In this document: in pieces, positions 18,489 through 27,566 of the stretch
How the letters are laid out: each line of letters starts with the position of its first letter
How positions within the stretch are numbered: position 1 is the stretch's first letter
Virus record (IMG/VR): IMGVR_UViG_3300049217_000071
Span: 204,345-268,344 of that record
DNA: 64,000 nucleotides
Strand: one strand, 5' to 3'
Position numbers and translations under genes: made by a program
The notes under the pieces: generated by a model
Database searches by the model: none
Told to the model about the DNA's origin: nothing
Seen by the model: only the letters and a program-made list of their open reading frames with translations

Positions 18489-19200
18489 AGATGAAATCAT
18501 TACCAAGTTAGTCTTGGATTTCCCAGCCAAAGATATTCACGAGTGGTTAAAAGATAAATACACCAATGTAAATGAAGCTAAACTAGTTATTCCAGAAAAG
18601 AACATCAAGACATTCAGAGATAATTACCTCGACATCTACAATATGATTCGAGATGATATTGCCAAGAGTAAGCAGGCCTTGGCCACCAGCACAGAAGTGG
18701 CCTTGGAGTTATCTGTTCAGAATAATCCAACTTATAAGAGTAAGATGTTGGAACTGGCTGATAAAGAAATCGATGTACGTAAAACGGTGGCCCGTATGTG
18801 TGCTGCCCTGGAAACCCGTTTTGGTCAACTTTTGGATAGGATTCAAGAGGACCCAAGCGATATCAACACTAAAGTAGAGCGCGTCACCATTGAATATGGT
18901 GAATTGCTCGGCGGCCTTCTAGAGAAATACTATAAGTTCACTGAGTCCCCAGCCGACCAGATTATTCAGCACAATGTCACCGTCCAAATGGTGGATCAGC
19001 ATATTTCCGTATTTCATGATGTAGTCCGCGAGGTTCTATCTCAAATGGATTTGGAAAGCTCTATGCTATTTATGGAGCTTTTCAGTGAGAAAATGGCCAA
19101 ACTAAAAGCCACTCTTCCTGAACCAGGTCTCAATACAGATATGAAGGTTGCGGAAGCCAAACTACTCAACGAAACCATCAATCAAAAGCTGAACAAATAA
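18445..19200 (+). CDS. Hypothetical protein, candidate small terminase
   Basis: HTH-like N-terminus (HPDKDEIITKLVLDFPAKDIHEWLKDKY) followed by a long helical region. The function is an inference. Confidence 0.35.
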   Translation: MNKNALKKILEHPDKDEIITKLVLDFPAKDIHEWLKDKYTNVNEAKLVIPEKNIKTFRDNYLDIYNMIRDDIAKSKQALATSTEVALELSVQNNPTYKSKMLELADKEIDVRKTVARMCAALETRFGQLLDRIQEDPSDINTKVERVTIEYGELLGGLLEKYYKFTESPADQIIQHNVTVQMVDQHISVFHDVVREVLSQMDLESSMLFMELFSEKMAKLKATLPEPGLNTDMKVAEAKLLNETINQKLNK

Positions 19201-21107
19201 TGCCGCACGATCCTTCCTACCCAGTTTCTTCTCCTAAAGTGCAGGAAGCGATCCGTCCATATTCTGATGAAGAACTATCTACCGATAAAGATATGGATGA
19301 AAAAATCGAGAAGCTAATGAAGTTTTTCGATGAGCACGGTATCACTTATGATAAGTTTGTTTCTCCGTCCAGAGATTTTATGGACACCAGTAAGAAAGCC
19401 TATCCTAACTATGAGCATTTTGCGTATGTGCCAGGTCAGCATGACACACAGAAATGGTTGATGGCCGTTAAGGACATGTATTACAAGAAGAAGAGGGGCG
19501 TACCCTTTGAAGAGGCTGTTCGCCAGACAACGGGTGGTTGGAAGAAAATGGAGACTTATGACTTCCTAAATTGGCTCAAGTTTTACGAAGAGGGTGCACA
19601 CATGAAATACAAATTCGCACAGGTATGGTATGAAAATGGACAGCCAGGATACTTTCTGCACATCAAGCAGGACACCCAGCAGGTCGCCACACCAACTGTG
19701 GATGTGGATGCCGCCCGTGAAGAAGTAAGTCACCAAGAAGAGAAAAGGCAGATCATTGAGAAGCAACGAGCCAAGATTATTGGTCGTTTGGATTCCGCTG
19801 AAAAGCTACTTCGCTCTCCTGATGGACAAATTTTTGCCGGTCCCGAATTAGAAGGTTTGATGGAGGCCATTTATGGTCTCAAGAAAAAGGTTCAGTTAGT
19901 CAATAAGCTTAGCGTTTCTACTCGTCTCTATGAAGATATGATTGTTCGTGAGTCCAACGTTTTGAGACGTAAAGGTTTTGTCAAAGCCGCTAGCTTGCTT
20001 TACTCTGTAGCTCAAACCCCCGGTGCGGATGCTGTACTCGGTCCCGATGGACAAGCTACCGGTGGTGCCGTACCTCCTCCAGCTCCTCCGCCCGATCCCT
20101 CTGGTGCAGGCCAATCAGGAACTATGGTAGGCTTACCAGCTACTACCCCAGGTACTAACCCAAATACTCCAGTGGATGGCGCGGCCCAAACAGAAAGCCA
20201 ACCATCTGCCGCAGGTCTTCAGCCGCCAGCCGGCCCTCCTGGGACCGCTCAGTCTAGTCCTGCCATTATGCCTCAAGAAGATCCGCAGCCAGCCGGTATC
20301 AAAGAGTTCATGGAGAATATGAACGATGGCAATAAAACCGATGCAGATGATTTGGAAGTGACTGACAATTTGGAAGTGGATGATCCAGAGCAACAACTCA
20401 TGGTATCAGAAGCTCAAGCTATGCCCACCGCCCCAGGTGGACCACCTCCAGCTACTTTGGAAGATGTTCCTATGACGGACACTCCTCCACCAGCACCACT
20501 CAATCCGGTAGATCCAATTCCTGCTATTCCTGAAGCTAAACCTGTCGCAGCTCCAGTAGCTCCAGCTGGTGAAGAACCTTTGGAAGTAACAGAAGACGAT
20601 ATCCCACAAGACACTCCATCAGGTGGTAGCAGTGGTAGTTTAGAGAGCAAGCTAGACAGCACATTTGAGAGCGTCACGATGGAAGAAATTGTGGCCGAGC
20701 TAAAGGACATTTCCCAATACTACAAGGTTAGAGAAATGCCAAGACGTCTTGCCCGCCTAGACATGATGTTTGATAGCAAGGGTATTTCTGCTTACTTCCC
20801 TTCTTTAGCAGAAGCTCAAAGAAGCGCCCTAGAAGCTAACAACTATATCTCTACCCGTATCGATGATATCTTATCTAAGGTCAGCGGTTCCCTTGCTTCC
20901 AAGGATGTAGGCGCCAAACTCAAGGAAGATCAAGATAAAGAGAAGGCTCGTAAGCAGATGAGAAAAGATCAAGAGAATGCCGAACTAGAAGGTGGCGGGG
21001 CTGCCCCTGCCGCTGGTAAAGAAACTCCACAAGTAGAGATGGGTGAGTTAGCTCCTCCAGCCGGTGCTCCCGCTAAAGCTCCGGTAGCTCCACGACCGTT
21101 AGGCTAA
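19200..21107 (+). CDS. Hypothetical protein with long Pro/acidic disordered regions (probable virion protein)
   Basis: 635 aa; KKAY, KFAQ, SVAQ motifs; LEV(T/D)D repeats. Confidence 0.8.
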   Translation: MPHDPSYPVSSPKVQEAIRPYSDEELSTDKDMDEKIEKLMKFFDEHGITYDKFVSPSRDFMDTSKKAYPNYEHFAYVPGQHDTQKWLMAVKDMYYKKKRGVPFEEAVRQTTGGWKKMETYDFLNWLKFYEEGAHMKYKFAQVWYENGQPGYFLHIKQDTQQVATPTVDVDAAREEVSHQEEKRQIIEKQRAKIIGRLDSAEKLLRSPDGQIFAGPELEGLMEAIYGLKKKVQLVNKLSVSTRLYEDMIVRESNVLRRKGFVKAASLLYSVAQTPGADAVLGPDGQATGGAVPPPAPPPDPSGAGQSGTMVGLPATTPGTNPNTPVDGAAQTESQPSAAGLQPPAGPPGTAQSSPAIMPQEDPQPAGIKEFMENMNDGNKTDADDLEVTDNLEVDDPEQQLMVSEAQAMPTAPGGPPPATLEDVPMTDTPPPAPLNPVDPIPAIPEAKPVAAPVAPAGEEPLEVTEDDIPQDTPSGGSSGSLESKLDSTFESVTMEEIVAELKDISQYYKVREMPRRLARLDMMFDSKGISAYFPSLAEAQRSALEANNYISTRIDDILSKVSGSLASKDVGAKLKEDQDKEKARKQMRKDQENAELEGGGAAPAAGKETPQVEMGELAPPAGAPAKAPVAPRPLG

Positions 21108-21112
21108 AATGA

Positions 21113-21886
21113 ATGAAACTCCGAGAGCTACTAGATATGATGCAAAAAACTGCTGTCGAAATTGGTGCCTCTGCTCCAATGATTTGCGGTGGTACGCCCA
21201 GAGATAAGTTTCTTGGACGTTTGGAAAACATTGCAGATATCGATGTAACGACCGGTGATAAGACGGTAGACTATCTTTCCCAAGAGTTTGCTATCAAGTT
21301 GCGTAAGCAATTCAACATTACCAGAAAAACGATGGAAGACGGTCATAGCACCATTTTTGTGGGTAGCTTGAAGGTGGATTTCTCATCCAATTTCATGGTG
21401 CCCAATATCGACACCATCCTGGGTCAGATGAACATCCCTAACCCTTCCGATATGCAAAGAGAGATGTATAGTCGAGACTTCACTTGCAACGCTCTATTGC
21501 TGTCGCTAGATCTCAAGAAGATTACCGATCCTACGGGGCACGGCTTTCAAGACATTCGAGACCGTAAAATCAAGACTTGCCTATCGCCTGAGATTACTCT
21601 TACCTCTAATAGAAACCGTGTCGTCAGGGCCATCTATTTGGCTTGCAAGTTGGATTTCGATATCGATGAGGCTATTATCGATTACGTGCGAAAGAACCCT
21701 CAGACAGTCAAGATATCCACTACTAAATCAATGTCAGATAAGCTAACAGAAGCTTTTACCAGAGATGCCGATAAAGCTTCTAAACTGATTACTAGAATGG
21801 GTTTATGGAATTACATTCCTATCAATGAAAAGATGTATCCATACTATCAAGCACAACTGAAAGGTAATCTCAATGTCGGTCAATAA
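21113..21886 (+). CDS. tRNA nucleotidyltransferase/poly(A) polymerase-family head domain (atypical)
   Basis: GGTPRD...DIDVTT, SRDFTCNAL, DPTGHGFQDI, RVVRAIYLA. The motif normally reading EDxxR reads SNRNR. Confidence 0.85.
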   Translation: MKLRELLDMMQKTAVEIGASAPMICGGTPRDKFLGRLENIADIDVTTGDKTVDYLSQEFAIKLRKQFNITRKTMEDGHSTIFVGSLKVDFSSNFMVPNIDTILGQMNIPNPSDMQREMYSRDFTCNALLLSLDLKKITDPTGHGFQDIRDRKIKTCLSPEITLTSNRNRVVRAIYLACKLDFDIDEAIIDYVRKNPQTVKISTTKSMSDKLTEAFTRDADKASKLITRMGLWNYIPINEKMYPYYQAQLKGNLNVGQ

Positions 21887-23207
21887 GAAGGCTTATTTTC
21901 AAGGTGGGGGCGGAGTCAACGAACCTACGCCAGGCAAAAAGAAATACAAGTCAGATCCGGCCCTGGTGGTGCAGCCCCGTTTTAAAGAGCCATTTTATCG
22001 CAACTACGATTTGTATACGATTCCAGGAATGGAAGAGGTGGGTCCTGGCACCGGTTGGCATGGCCTGCAAAATTATAAAAGCGTTCAGAACTTCTTGAAA
22101 GATCGAAGAAAGCGCCTGCAACCCCGTTATGTAGCCGATGATTCTTGGCAAATTGATTCAGGGGAAAGAGTCAAGAAGAACCCAGACAAAAAAGCCAGAA
22201 TGACTATTCTAGAAAGAATCATCAAACAAGCGGTAGCCTGTCAAGATTCGGATATTGAGTATTCTGATGGAAGAGACGCTTGGATTTGCGGCAATTGCTT
22301 ACACATGGGACCAAATGCCGGAGGTCCAACTCCATCTGTCAAGGAGCTACACGCTGGTAAAAATCATAACTCGGATAAGATAGATTGGCGAAATGGCCAC
22401 TATGAAAATGACCCTAAGTATCTGGCTCTCAAAGAAGAGAGGCGCCACAGAGATGAAAACGATGGTCCCAATTTCGATTATGGTCATGGGGCTTATGACG
22501 CCATGAACAAAGGCGAAAAGATGAAGACTATCACCGATTTCAAGCGCACTAGCCCAGGTGCCCTAATGGGTGTCAAAGCTGATCATATGATGGCACCTAA
22601 AGAACACGGCACCAGTATTTACAACTGGAAGAATAGTCCTTATCAAGGAACTCCGGGTGCCAAGAACAAGAGAAAGAAAGATACCAACAATATCGATTTC
22701 CCCATTGATGAAGAAGTAAATCATCAAGGTGAAATGGTGTATCCCGGAGAAGAGAACTATCAAGCTCCTAAGCACTTAGTTGGTCCCGCAGGACCTCCTG
22801 GTGATGTCAGCACCTATCCTGGTGATGTAGGGCCAACCGACCAATCTTCCTACATCAACTCCGCTCAGATAGCCGGAGAGCATTCTTATCTTCCCAAGTC
22901 AGATGAAGAGTCTAGATCCGATGAGGCTTTGGATTTCGGAAGAGATTATACAGACGAAACTCTCTTAGGCCGCCCTAATGGTGGGGGTGAGTCTTTGTCT
23001 GATGAGATGCAAGATGACGATAAAGAAATGGATTTGGATGCGCTAGAGGCTAAGTATCTAGGATCCACAGAAATTGGATTATTTGGCTTGCCAGATGGGG
23101 TAGATCCCGAAGGCCATGATGCCGATCAAACCGAACAAATAGAACAGCCTTTTACTGGCACATCTGATATTGGCACTCAAATGTATGAAGACAAATGGAA
23201 CATCTAA
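21873..23207 (+). CDS. Hypothetical acidic protein (probable virion protein)
   Basis: The N-terminal KKAYFQGGGGVNEPTP module is shared with the protease-scaffold. Confidence 0.8.
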   Translation: MSVNKKAYFQGGGGVNEPTPGKKKYKSDPALVVQPRFKEPFYRNYDLYTIPGMEEVGPGTGWHGLQNYKSVQNFLKDRRKRLQPRYVADDSWQIDSGERVKKNPDKKARMTILERIIKQAVACQDSDIEYSDGRDAWICGNCLHMGPNAGGPTPSVKELHAGKNHNSDKIDWRNGHYENDPKYLALKEERRHRDENDGPNFDYGHGAYDAMNKGEKMKTITDFKRTSPGALMGVKADHMMAPKEHGTSIYNWKNSPYQGTPGAKNKRKKDTNNIDFPIDEEVNHQGEMVYPGEENYQAPKHLVGPAGPPGDVSTYPGDVGPTDQSSYINSAQIAGEHSYLPKSDEESRSDEALDFGRDYTDETLLGRPNGGGESLSDEMQDDDKEMDLDALEAKYLGSTEIGLFGLPDGVDPEGHDADQTEQIEQPFTGTSDIGTQMYEDKWNI

Positions 23208-23265
23208 AACCAAGCAATATCATTGCATATAACCATATGAAGAAAGCAGACCCAGAGGTATCTCA

Positions 23266-24228
23266 ATGACTTTACAATCCCAAGCCCAAGAGCTATTCGT
23301 TATGGATATGAGCCCGCCTAAGGCTTCGCAGTTGCCAGCTATGGATACTCATATGATGGACGAGCAGCAACACGAGCATCACCACGAAATGGAAAGTGGC
23401 CACCACATGATGGGAGGCCCAGCCGCCATTGAAGTGGGTGAACCAGTTGATATCTCTATCGTAGTAGAAGAGTTGCCAGGCGCACCAGCCGGCACCAAAG
23501 ACCCTGAGCCGATGATTGAGGTTCAAGAGGAACCTATTCACGCCACCGAAAAAGAAGATGCCAATGATGCGAAGAAAAGCGACAAGGGCGGCAAAGGCGA
23601 AAAGTGGGATTGGGCTAAGCAAGGTCCACACGGTTTCGTGGCTTGGATCAAGAGTAGAATCGAAGATGTGCCACAGCACTCTGGTTATGATTCTGCCGGT
23701 CTAGAACGTGCTATGGCTTATATGGAAAGAGTGGACAACGAAATCTCCAAGGCTATGAGAATGGACTTGGATGGTGAACTAGACGCTAACAAGATTGAGA
23801 AAGTGCGTTCCGAGTTAGATGAAGGTATCGCTAGACTACAAGCTCGTCTTGATAAAGTCAAGGACGCTAAGAAGTCCTCCAAAAAGCGTAAGAAGTCCGC
23901 TGAATATGAAATGGACAGCGAAGGGTTTGTCAAAGAAGCTCAGAAGATTACTGGTGTGCAAGGCGTTTACGTCACCGTTCCACTTCTCATTTCTAGAGTA
24001 GCTCGTGTATGTGTCAACGGCACCGTATCAGCAGGTCACGACATTGAAGACTTGTATGCACGTCAAGTCAAGATGTATAATCTTGACAAGCGTGAGCAGG
24101 CTGAAGTAATGCAGCTTTTGTTTGATATGGGATACCCACTTCGTCAAGATCGTGGCTTTATGCCAGACGACAACTTGGAAATTTGGGACAGCGACAATAT
24201 GGATTGGGCCGCCAACTATAGAGGTTAA
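23266..24228 (+). CDS. Hypothetical protein (probable virion protein)
   Basis: RBS gagg; His-rich patch; KKSAE and VKEAQ motifs. Confidence 0.8.
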   Translation: MTLQSQAQELFVMDMSPPKASQLPAMDTHMMDEQQHEHHHEMESGHHMMGGPAAIEVGEPVDISIVVEELPGAPAGTKDPEPMIEVQEEPIHATEKEDANDAKKSDKGGKGEKWDWAKQGPHGFVAWIKSRIEDVPQHSGYDSAGLERAMAYMERVDNEISKAMRMDLDGELDANKIEKVRSELDEGIARLQARLDKVKDAKKSSKKRKKSAEYEMDSEGFVKEAQKITGVQGVYVTVPLLISRVARVCVNGTVSAGHDIEDLYARQVKMYNLDKREQAEVMQLLFDMGYPLRQDRGFMPDDNLEIWDSDNMDWAANYRG

Positions 24229-24230
24229 TA

Positions 24231-24893
24231 ATGGCTAAACAACCAAGACAACAGCCGGTCATTCACCGTCAGTCTGAAGAAGAGGTCAGTGAAGACCATT
24301 GGCTGCGTCAGTTCGAGCAGAAGCTACAAAAGACCAGCGTGCAACCACGTGGTAATGAGTCTTTGTTCGAGCAGATCAATACCATTATGAATGGCAAATC
24401 TAAGTATCCTTCCGTGCAAGCTGCCGTGGATGATATGATGCACCGTAGTGGTTTGTCTGGTTATCTAGACAATGTCAAGACTTCCGAAACAGAAGCTCCT
24501 ACCCAGCCGAAAAAAGTGGCCCAGCAAGTGGATCGAGCTAGACTGCAAGAAGTCAAAACTAATCCGAAGACACCTAAGGTCATCGAAGAGAAGCCAAGCA
24601 TTCTACACACTCTGGAAAACATCATTCGAGACTCCAAGGGTAATCTTTCTGTGCCAACCATCATCAGCCGTCTTCACGCTTTGCATGCCTCTGATGTGAC
24701 GGATGAATCGGCTTGGGACGATGATAAACTCATTCGTTTGGTTAGCTATTTCAACATCAAGGCCAAGAAAGACAACCCAGCTAACTTCGAGAATTTCGAT
24801 AACCTGGGCAAGCGAGATCATTCTACCGCCGACTCCGATATTGATCCATCCAACACAGACGCTTTCAATGTGTTGATGCCTGCCAAACTTTGA
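24231..24893 (+). CDS. Hypothetical protein
   Basis: 220-aa ORF; its 3' end overlaps the convergent HNH gene. Confidence 0.75.
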   Translation: MAKQPRQQPVIHRQSEEEVSEDHWLRQFEQKLQKTSVQPRGNESLFEQINTIMNGKSKYPSVQAAVDDMMHRSGLSGYLDNVKTSETEAPTQPKKVAQQVDRARLQEVKTNPKTPKVIEEKPSILHTLENIIRDSKGNLSVPTIISRLHALHASDVTDESAWDDDKLIRLVSYFNIKAKKDNPANFENFDNLGKRDHSTADSDIDPSNTDAFNVLMPAKL

Positions 24894-25579
24894 GGTTTTT
24901 CTGGTGGATATTTAGCGAGAGATATCTTGCTACAATTACAGTTGAAACATAAAGCCTGCAATCCTAGGTTTTGTGGGAATTCGTGATTTATTAACCAACG
25001 ATAAAAGGCTGATCCGGTTTTGTATCCATATTTACGACGTTGTTCTGCTCCGTCATTATTTTTATGGTCGATGGTTAGTCGCTCGATTCTATCTTCTGAA
25101 CATTCTGCACAACAACCACCATATATTGCAATTACTATCTTCTTTTTCTGTAGTGCACGTTTATCTTTGTAAACGACATTTTTACTACAATTGCAGTTGT
25201 AGCATAGAACTTGGTATACATCTCTATTTATCAAATTGTTATACAAGTGATCAATTAGGTTTCCTGTCATTTCTCTACGATGGGCATTCCCACCACCATT
25301 GATGTGATCGATAGTGAGTTTGGTATAATCATCTTCTCCACAACCAGCGCATTGATTGCCATAAAAAAGAATAACCGCACTACGTCTCATACGTTGTCTG
25401 TCAAGTTGTTTTTTACCGTAGTTAGGATCACTTTTATGGTATGTTCTGCCGTACTCTCGGAAACAGGGCGTGCATAGATAATTGCTGCGTTTGACCAGAT
25501 ATTTGAGCCAGTTTTCCCTGGTTAGCTTTACATTGCATTTGATACATCTTTTGAGACTACGATTTTTTTGTGAGTGCAT
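24818..25579 (-). CDS. HNH homing-endonuclease-like protein with two HNH domains
   Basis: CAGC...LTIDHINGGG...VLCYNCNCSK and CAEC...LTIDHKNNDG...ALCFNCNCSK; N-terminal Zn ribbon. Confidence 0.85.
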   Translation of the reverse strand: MHSQKNRSLKRCIKCNVKLTRENWLKYLVKRSNYLCTPCFREYGRTYHKSDPNYGKKQLDRQRMRRSAVILFYGNQCAGCGEDDYTKLTIDHINGGGNAHRREMTGNLIDHLYNNLINRDVYQVLCYNCNCSKNVVYKDKRALQKKKIVIAIYGGCCAECSEDRIERLTIDHKNNDGAEQRRKYGYKTGSAFYRWLINHEFPQNLGLQALCFNCNCSKISLAKYPPEKPQSLAGINTLKASVLDGSISESAVE

Positions 25580-25600
25580 ATAGAGTAATATATCACTATT
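25580..25600. promoter_or_regulatory. Compact divergent promoter region between the HNH gene and terminase
   Basis: AATAtatcacTATT (25587-25600) fits AATA-N6-YAT on both strands. The minus strand also reads TGATATAT-N8-ATG into the HNH gene. Confidence 0.5.
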
Positions 25601-25606
25601 CCTAGT

Positions 25607-27484
25607 ATGCCCACTCTAGAAATCGAAAATAAAGACATGTTCAATAAGCTGAAGAAACAGCTAATGATGTACGATCCTGTTTATTTCGCAGAGGAGAATC
25701 TAACCTTAGAAGGTAAGCCCTTCACCTTACACGGCAACGGATATAAGCCCTTCAGCGAAATCTACCGATACGTAGGAGTCAAAGCTTTAGAGCCAGATTC
25801 TAAACCGATTCTCATCGTGAAAGGCCGTCAGGTTGGCGCTACTACTATGGCTAGTGCCCTAGAGATGTATTTTATGGGCTGTGGGCTTTTTGGCAACGGT
25901 ATTCGTCCACCTATCCGTGTCATTCACGCTTTTCCACAGTTAGAACTAGCTGCCGCTTATTCTAAGACCAAGCTCAATCAGATTATTGCTACTGCCAAAA
26001 TCCCAGAAGGCACCAATACAACCAAAGGTTCCCGCCCTAAGTCTTGTATGCAACTTCTCTTGGATCAATCAGCAGCTACCAACGATTCCTTGCACTTCAA
26101 GCAGTTTGCAGGCGGCAACCATTTATGGGTAGAGTCTACTGGTATTGATGCTGACAGAATTATGGGTCGTACTGCCGACATCATCTTTTTTGACGAAGTG
26201 CAGAAGACGACTGCCCAGGCTATGGGAAATGCTCTCAAGATTTTGACCAACGCCGCCTATGGTAGACCTACTAAAGGCGTGCAAGTTTACTTCGGAACCC
26301 CGAGACGTAAAGGCTCTGATTTTCACGGTATGTGGGAGAAGTCTTCTCAACAGTATTACTACCTAGGATGTGAGAAATGCGAAAAGCACTTTCCATTTTA
26401 CACTCCAGGCTCTGATGACTGGGAAAAGATTTGGATCCATGGTAAGGTAGTCAAGTGCCCATTGTGCGGCCACGAGCAAGATAAACTAGAAGCTCAAGAA
26501 CGTGGCAAGTGGGTTGGTCTGAAAGATGCCAGCGAGTCCGATTTCATTGGGTTTCACATCAATCAACTCTACATGCCAAGATTTACCCGTGAAGACATAG
26601 AAAATGAAAAGCCGGGCAAGCATCCTATCAACACGGAGAGAGTTTATCAGAACGAAGTTTTGGGAGAGTTCTTTCAAGGAGATTCCAGTCCTATTACTCC
26701 AGAAGAGATTCGTTTGCTATGCAGAGATGAGGGTAGAAAATTCAGTGCTCGTATTGTGCCCACCAAGGGATTGACGCAGCAACTAGCTATTCTGGGCATC
26801 GACTATGGTGCTCGTTCCGATTTGGAGCAGTTAGCTCAGCCCGATAAAATCAAAGCTACCGGGCAATCTTACAGTACGGCCGTAGTTCTATTGACTAAGG
26901 GCCCAGGATTACTTTCTATCGAGATGGCTCTCAAGTTCAAGCGCAATGACCCGGCCAGTAAGAAAGGTATCATCGATCAATTGATGAGGCAATACAACAT
27001 CAGTTTGGCGGTAGGAGATATTGGTTATTCCAATGACTTCTCTTATGACTTGCACCAAACTTATGGAGACAAATATCTCGTCTCTCGTGCTCATAACAGA
27101 GTCAATGATCACGTCAAGGTCAATGCAGATGCCTTTCCTAAAGAGATCATCTTTGAGAGAGATTTCTATATCGGTGAACTGTATGAACAAATGAAGAAGG
27201 GTATGATCAGATTTCCTTATGGTGATTATGAGAAGATAGCTTGGTTAATTGATCATTGTTGCAGTATGGAACTCAAGCCCTCTATTTCTAGATACGGAGA
27301 TCCTAGCATCCATTATGTCAAGGGCGGCACCCCAAACGACGGTTTCATGGCGTTATTGAACGCCTACATTGCCTATAAGTTTTTGGTTAGTCGAGGCTTT
27401 ACCAATAACAATCCACTCTTGCAAACCACTAAAAATGCCAATAAACCATTGGTTATCTCTGGGTATGTGCCCCGAAGAATATGA
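25607..27484 (+). CDS. terL: Terminase large subunit
   Basis: KGRQVGATT (Walker A), RIMGRTADIIFFDEVQ (Walker B), FGTP coupling motif, CEKC...CPLC Zn ribbon as in lambda gpA-type terminases, nuclease GIDYG. Confidence 0.92.
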   Translation: MPTLEIENKDMFNKLKKQLMMYDPVYFAEENLTLEGKPFTLHGNGYKPFSEIYRYVGVKALEPDSKPILIVKGRQVGATTMASALEMYFMGCGLFGNGIRPPIRVIHAFPQLELAAAYSKTKLNQIIATAKIPEGTNTTKGSRPKSCMQLLLDQSAATNDSLHFKQFAGGNHLWVESTGIDADRIMGRTADIIFFDEVQKTTAQAMGNALKILTNAAYGRPTKGVQVYFGTPRRKGSDFHGMWEKSSQQYYYLGCEKCEKHFPFYTPGSDDWEKIWIHGKVVKCPLCGHEQDKLEAQERGKWVGLKDASESDFIGFHINQLYMPRFTREDIENEKPGKHPINTERVYQNEVLGEFFQGDSSPITPEEIRLLCRDEGRKFSARIVPTKGLTQQLAILGIDYGARSDLEQLAQPDKIKATGQSYSTAVVLLTKGPGLLSIEMALKFKRNDPASKKGIIDQLMRQYNISLAVGDIGYSNDFSYDLHQTYGDKYLVSRAHNRVNDHVKVNADAFPKEIIFERDFYIGELYEQMKKGMIRFPYGDYEKIAWLIDHCCSMELKPSISRYGDPSIHYVKGGTPNDGFMALLNAYIAYKFLVSRGFTNNNPLLQTTKNANKPLVISGYVPRRI

Positions 27485-27566
27485 AAGCGGCCTAAATACT
27501 TGGGTTTTCTACTGATATATCACATATAGGGTATTAGTAGAGAGTATAGTGGAACTATGAGGCAAT

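Noticed and set aside
21873-21920. YFQG resembling the TEV protease site ENLYFQG
   Set aside because: Only four residues match, there is no potyviral-type protease here, and the upstream residues differ. Treated as coincidence.
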